Assembly: GCA_964291415.2 (NCBI GenBank)
Contig: OZ219917.1
Location: forward strand, 576,001 to 640,000
Direction of reading: 5' to 3'
DNA length: 64,000 bases
From: Alphaproteobacteria bacterium
GTDB taxonomy: Bacteria > Pseudomonadota > Alphaproteobacteria > SP197
The notes beneath the pieces are model-generated. The model made no database searches, was not told the origin of the DNA, and worked only from the letters and a program-made list of their open reading frames with translations. Positions 62,070 through 64,000 of the stretch are shown piece after piece. Within the stretch, counting starts at the first letter, position 1; each line of letters begins with the position of its first letter. Both the position numbers and the translations under genes were made by a program.

Positions 62070-63251
62070 TCAGGCAGCCAGCAGGGCTGCATACCAGAAG
62101 GCAAAGTTGGCCAGCGACGGTTCCAGTGCCGAGAAGCGGCCGGGAACAGCGTCGGGTGACGCCATGCCGCTCTGTTGCCTTTCGAGGACATCGATGTCCT
62201 CGTCCATGGCTTCATCCATGCGCCGATAGTAATGCCGACAGGCGCGCTCGAACCCGGGTGCGATGCGTGTCTCCTCGGGAAAGCACACGGACATGACCGC
62301 ACGGCATGAGTGCGCTCCCCGGGGCCATGCCTCCAGCATCCACATCGCCTCCCTGCCGGCAGCAAACGTCATGTTCGGGTAGATCCACGTGTAGCGCGTG
62401 CCCGAGAGGTGACGACCGCCGAGGCCCGGCATGGAATCAAGGACATGTTCCTGGTCGCCGGACTTCAGGGCTCCGGTGCCCGATGTCGTGCCGAACTGGG
62501 ATGTGAAGTTGCCGGCCACTGCTTCCGGCGGATCAGGTTCATCGTAGATGGCGCCAAAGGTCTGCCGGTGAACACTGCCCAGATGGTAGTATTCGTTGAA
62601 GACCTCCAGGAACAGTTTCCAGTTGCAGGGAATGTCGCGTTCCAGGCGGCGTGTGGTGACGAGTCGGTCGAGAGGCCAGGGAGCGTGGACCGCCTCAAAG
62701 TCACCGAGCCAGTCGTCGATCGAACAGGGTGCCGCGTCGAGGCTGACGAAGACGAACCCCGCGCGTTCCGCCACCTGGTAGGCATGGAGGCCGTGGTCCG
62801 CCATGTCGAAGCCGTCAGCGGACTCCATGCGCGGGGCCGCCACCAGACGGCCGTCGAGGGTGTAGGTCCAGGCGTGGAACGGGCAGGTGATGCGGGCGAC
62901 ACGGCATGGCTCGCCGACGAGTTCTGTGCCGCGGTGGCGGCAGGAATTGGCGAAGGCATGGAGCGTGCCTCTCCTGTCCCTGGCGATCAGGACCGGTGCG
63001 CCGCCGATGTCGACCGGGACGCAGGAACCGGCGGACGGCCAGCGATCGCTGCGGCCGCAACCCACCCATCCGCTACGGAACAGCCGATCCCGTTCCAGCG
63101 TCACCACATCCGGATCGGTGTAGACGGCCGGAGGCAGTGTCGGCGAGTGGCTGGCCGGGGGCGTCACGCGTCGGAGGTCGGCGATGATTGCGGATTGGGG
63201 ACCAATCATGCGGGGTGTCTCCCTTGAGTTGGCCGGCTGCGTTCGCATCAT
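62070..63251 (-). CDS. Rieske oxygenase alpha subunit (choline monooxygenase-like)
   Basis: CRHRG, CPFHAW, NWKLFLEVFNEYYH, EDIDVLERQQ; start uncertain (possibly 63209). Confidence 0.88.
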   Translation of the reverse strand: MMRTQPANSRETPRMIGPQSAIIADLRRVTPPASHSPTLPPAVYTDPDVVTLERDRLFRSGWVGCGRSDRWPSAGSCVPVDIGGAPVLIARDRRGTLHAFANSCRHRGTELVGEPCRVARITCPFHAWTYTLDGRLVAAPRMESADGFDMADHGLHAYQVAERAGFVFVSLDAAPCSIDDWLGDFEAVHAPWPLDRLVTTRRLERDIPCNWKLFLEVFNEYYHLGSVHRQTFGAIYDEPDPPEAVAGNFTSQFGTTSGTGALKSGDQEHVLDSMPGLGGRHLSGTRYTWIYPNMTFAAGREAMWMLEAWPRGAHSCRAVMSVCFPEETRIAPGFERACRHYYRRMDEAMDEDIDVLERQQSGMASPDAVPGRFSALEPSLANFAFWYAALLAA

Positions 63252-63281
63252 GGCGGCATGGCCAGGGAAGGGACGTTACCC

Positions 63282-64000
63282 ATGAAGGTCGCCGGGATCG
63301 AGACGTTCGTTGTGGGCAATCCGCCGCCGCGCTTCGGCGGCCGCTTCTTCGTCTTTGTCAAGCTGATGACCGACGATGGCATTGTCGGCTACGGCGAGGT
63401 CTACGCGGCGAGTTTCTCGCCCCATGTCGTGGCGGCCATGGTGGAGGACATCGCCATGCGTCATGTCATCGGCGAGAGTCCCTTCAACATCGAGACCATG
63501 TGGCGGCGGATGTACGGCGGCGGCTACAGCATGCGTCCGGAGATCTCCCTGCTGGCAGTCATGTCGGGCATCGAGATCGCCTGCTGGGACATCATCGGCA
63601 AGGCGACATCGAAGCCTGTCTACATGCTGCTCGGCGGCAAGGTGCACGAGCGGTTGCGCAGCTACACCTACCTTTATCCGGCTGACGGGGATGAAGGGGA
63701 GGCCGTCTATACCGATCCGGACGTCGCCGCCGAACAGGCCGTCGCCTATGTCGGCGAGGGGTTTACCGCGGTGAAGTTCGACCCGGCAGGACCCTACAGC
63801 GTCTTCGACCCGCGCCAGCCATCCCTGGAGAGAATGGAACTTTCGGAAGCGTTCGTAAGGGCATTGCGCGATGCCGTGGGCACGAAGGCCGATCTGCTCT
63901 TCGGCACCCATGGGCAGTTCACTCCTTCGGGCGCCATCCGTCTCGCCCGGCGGCTCGAAGCCTATGATCCGCTCTGGTTCGAGGAACCGGTGGCCGCAGA
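63282..64000 (+). CDS. Mandelate racemase/muconate lactonizing enzyme family protein (runs off window)
   Basis: Manual translation MKVAGIETFVVGNPPPRFGGRFFVFVKLMTDDGIVGYGE...SGIEIACWDIIGK...AVKFDP...WFEEP; absent from the ORF track because it has no stop in the window. Confidence 0.92.
   Translation, partial: MKVAGIETFVVGNPPPRFGGRFFVFVKLMTDDGIVGYGEVYAASFSPHVVAAMVEDIAMRHVIGESPFNIETMWRRMYGGGYSMRPEISLLAVMSGIEIACWDIIGKATSKPVYMLLGGKVHERLRSYTYLYPADGDEGEAVYTDPDVAAEQAVAYVGEGFTAVKFDPAGPYSVFDPRQPSLERMELSEAFVRALRDAVGTKADLLFGTHGQFTPSGAIRLARRLEAYDPLWFEEPVAA

Overview
GC-rich alphaproteobacterial chromosomal segment; gene order suggests a Rhodospirillales-like organism. Most of it is housekeeping: lptC(3' end)-lptA-lptB, an hpf-ptsN-hprK-EIIA(Man)-HPr-EI-ahcY PTS block, amgK-murU-trxA, ihfB-lapA-pyrF-trpFBA-accD-folC, aroA-cmk-rpsA, UPF0262-PTP-maf-yacG, a partial leucine-catabolism cluster, csp and infA, plus tRNA-Ala(GGC) and tRNA-Phe(GAA). 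Interspersed accessory DNA includes: a HipBA-type toxin-antitoxin pair with TauD and SDR genes where rpoN normally lies; debris beside tRNA-Ala (Fic fragment, possible IS5 fragment); a 1.67-kb integrase mini-island at tRNA-Phe; a decayed molybdo-hydroxylase gene with a 5' tandem duplication, a templated insertion and an apparent antitoxin tail; two divergent, highly similar Tat-exported solute-binding protein genes; an AAA_14/DUF4143 ATPase with a perfect upstream palindrome; and catabolic genes (sulfatase, two Rieske oxygenases, D-aminoacylase, CocE hydrolase, enolase-superfamily enzyme). I found no CRISPR array, rRNA or prophage, and no multi-gene system I can confidently call new. The best leads are the mini-island, the inverted SBP pair, the repair scars in the Mo-enzyme pseudogene and the repeated absence of genes (rpoN, addAB, rapZ, infA) from their usual loci. 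All family calls come from motif recognition by eye, not database searches.
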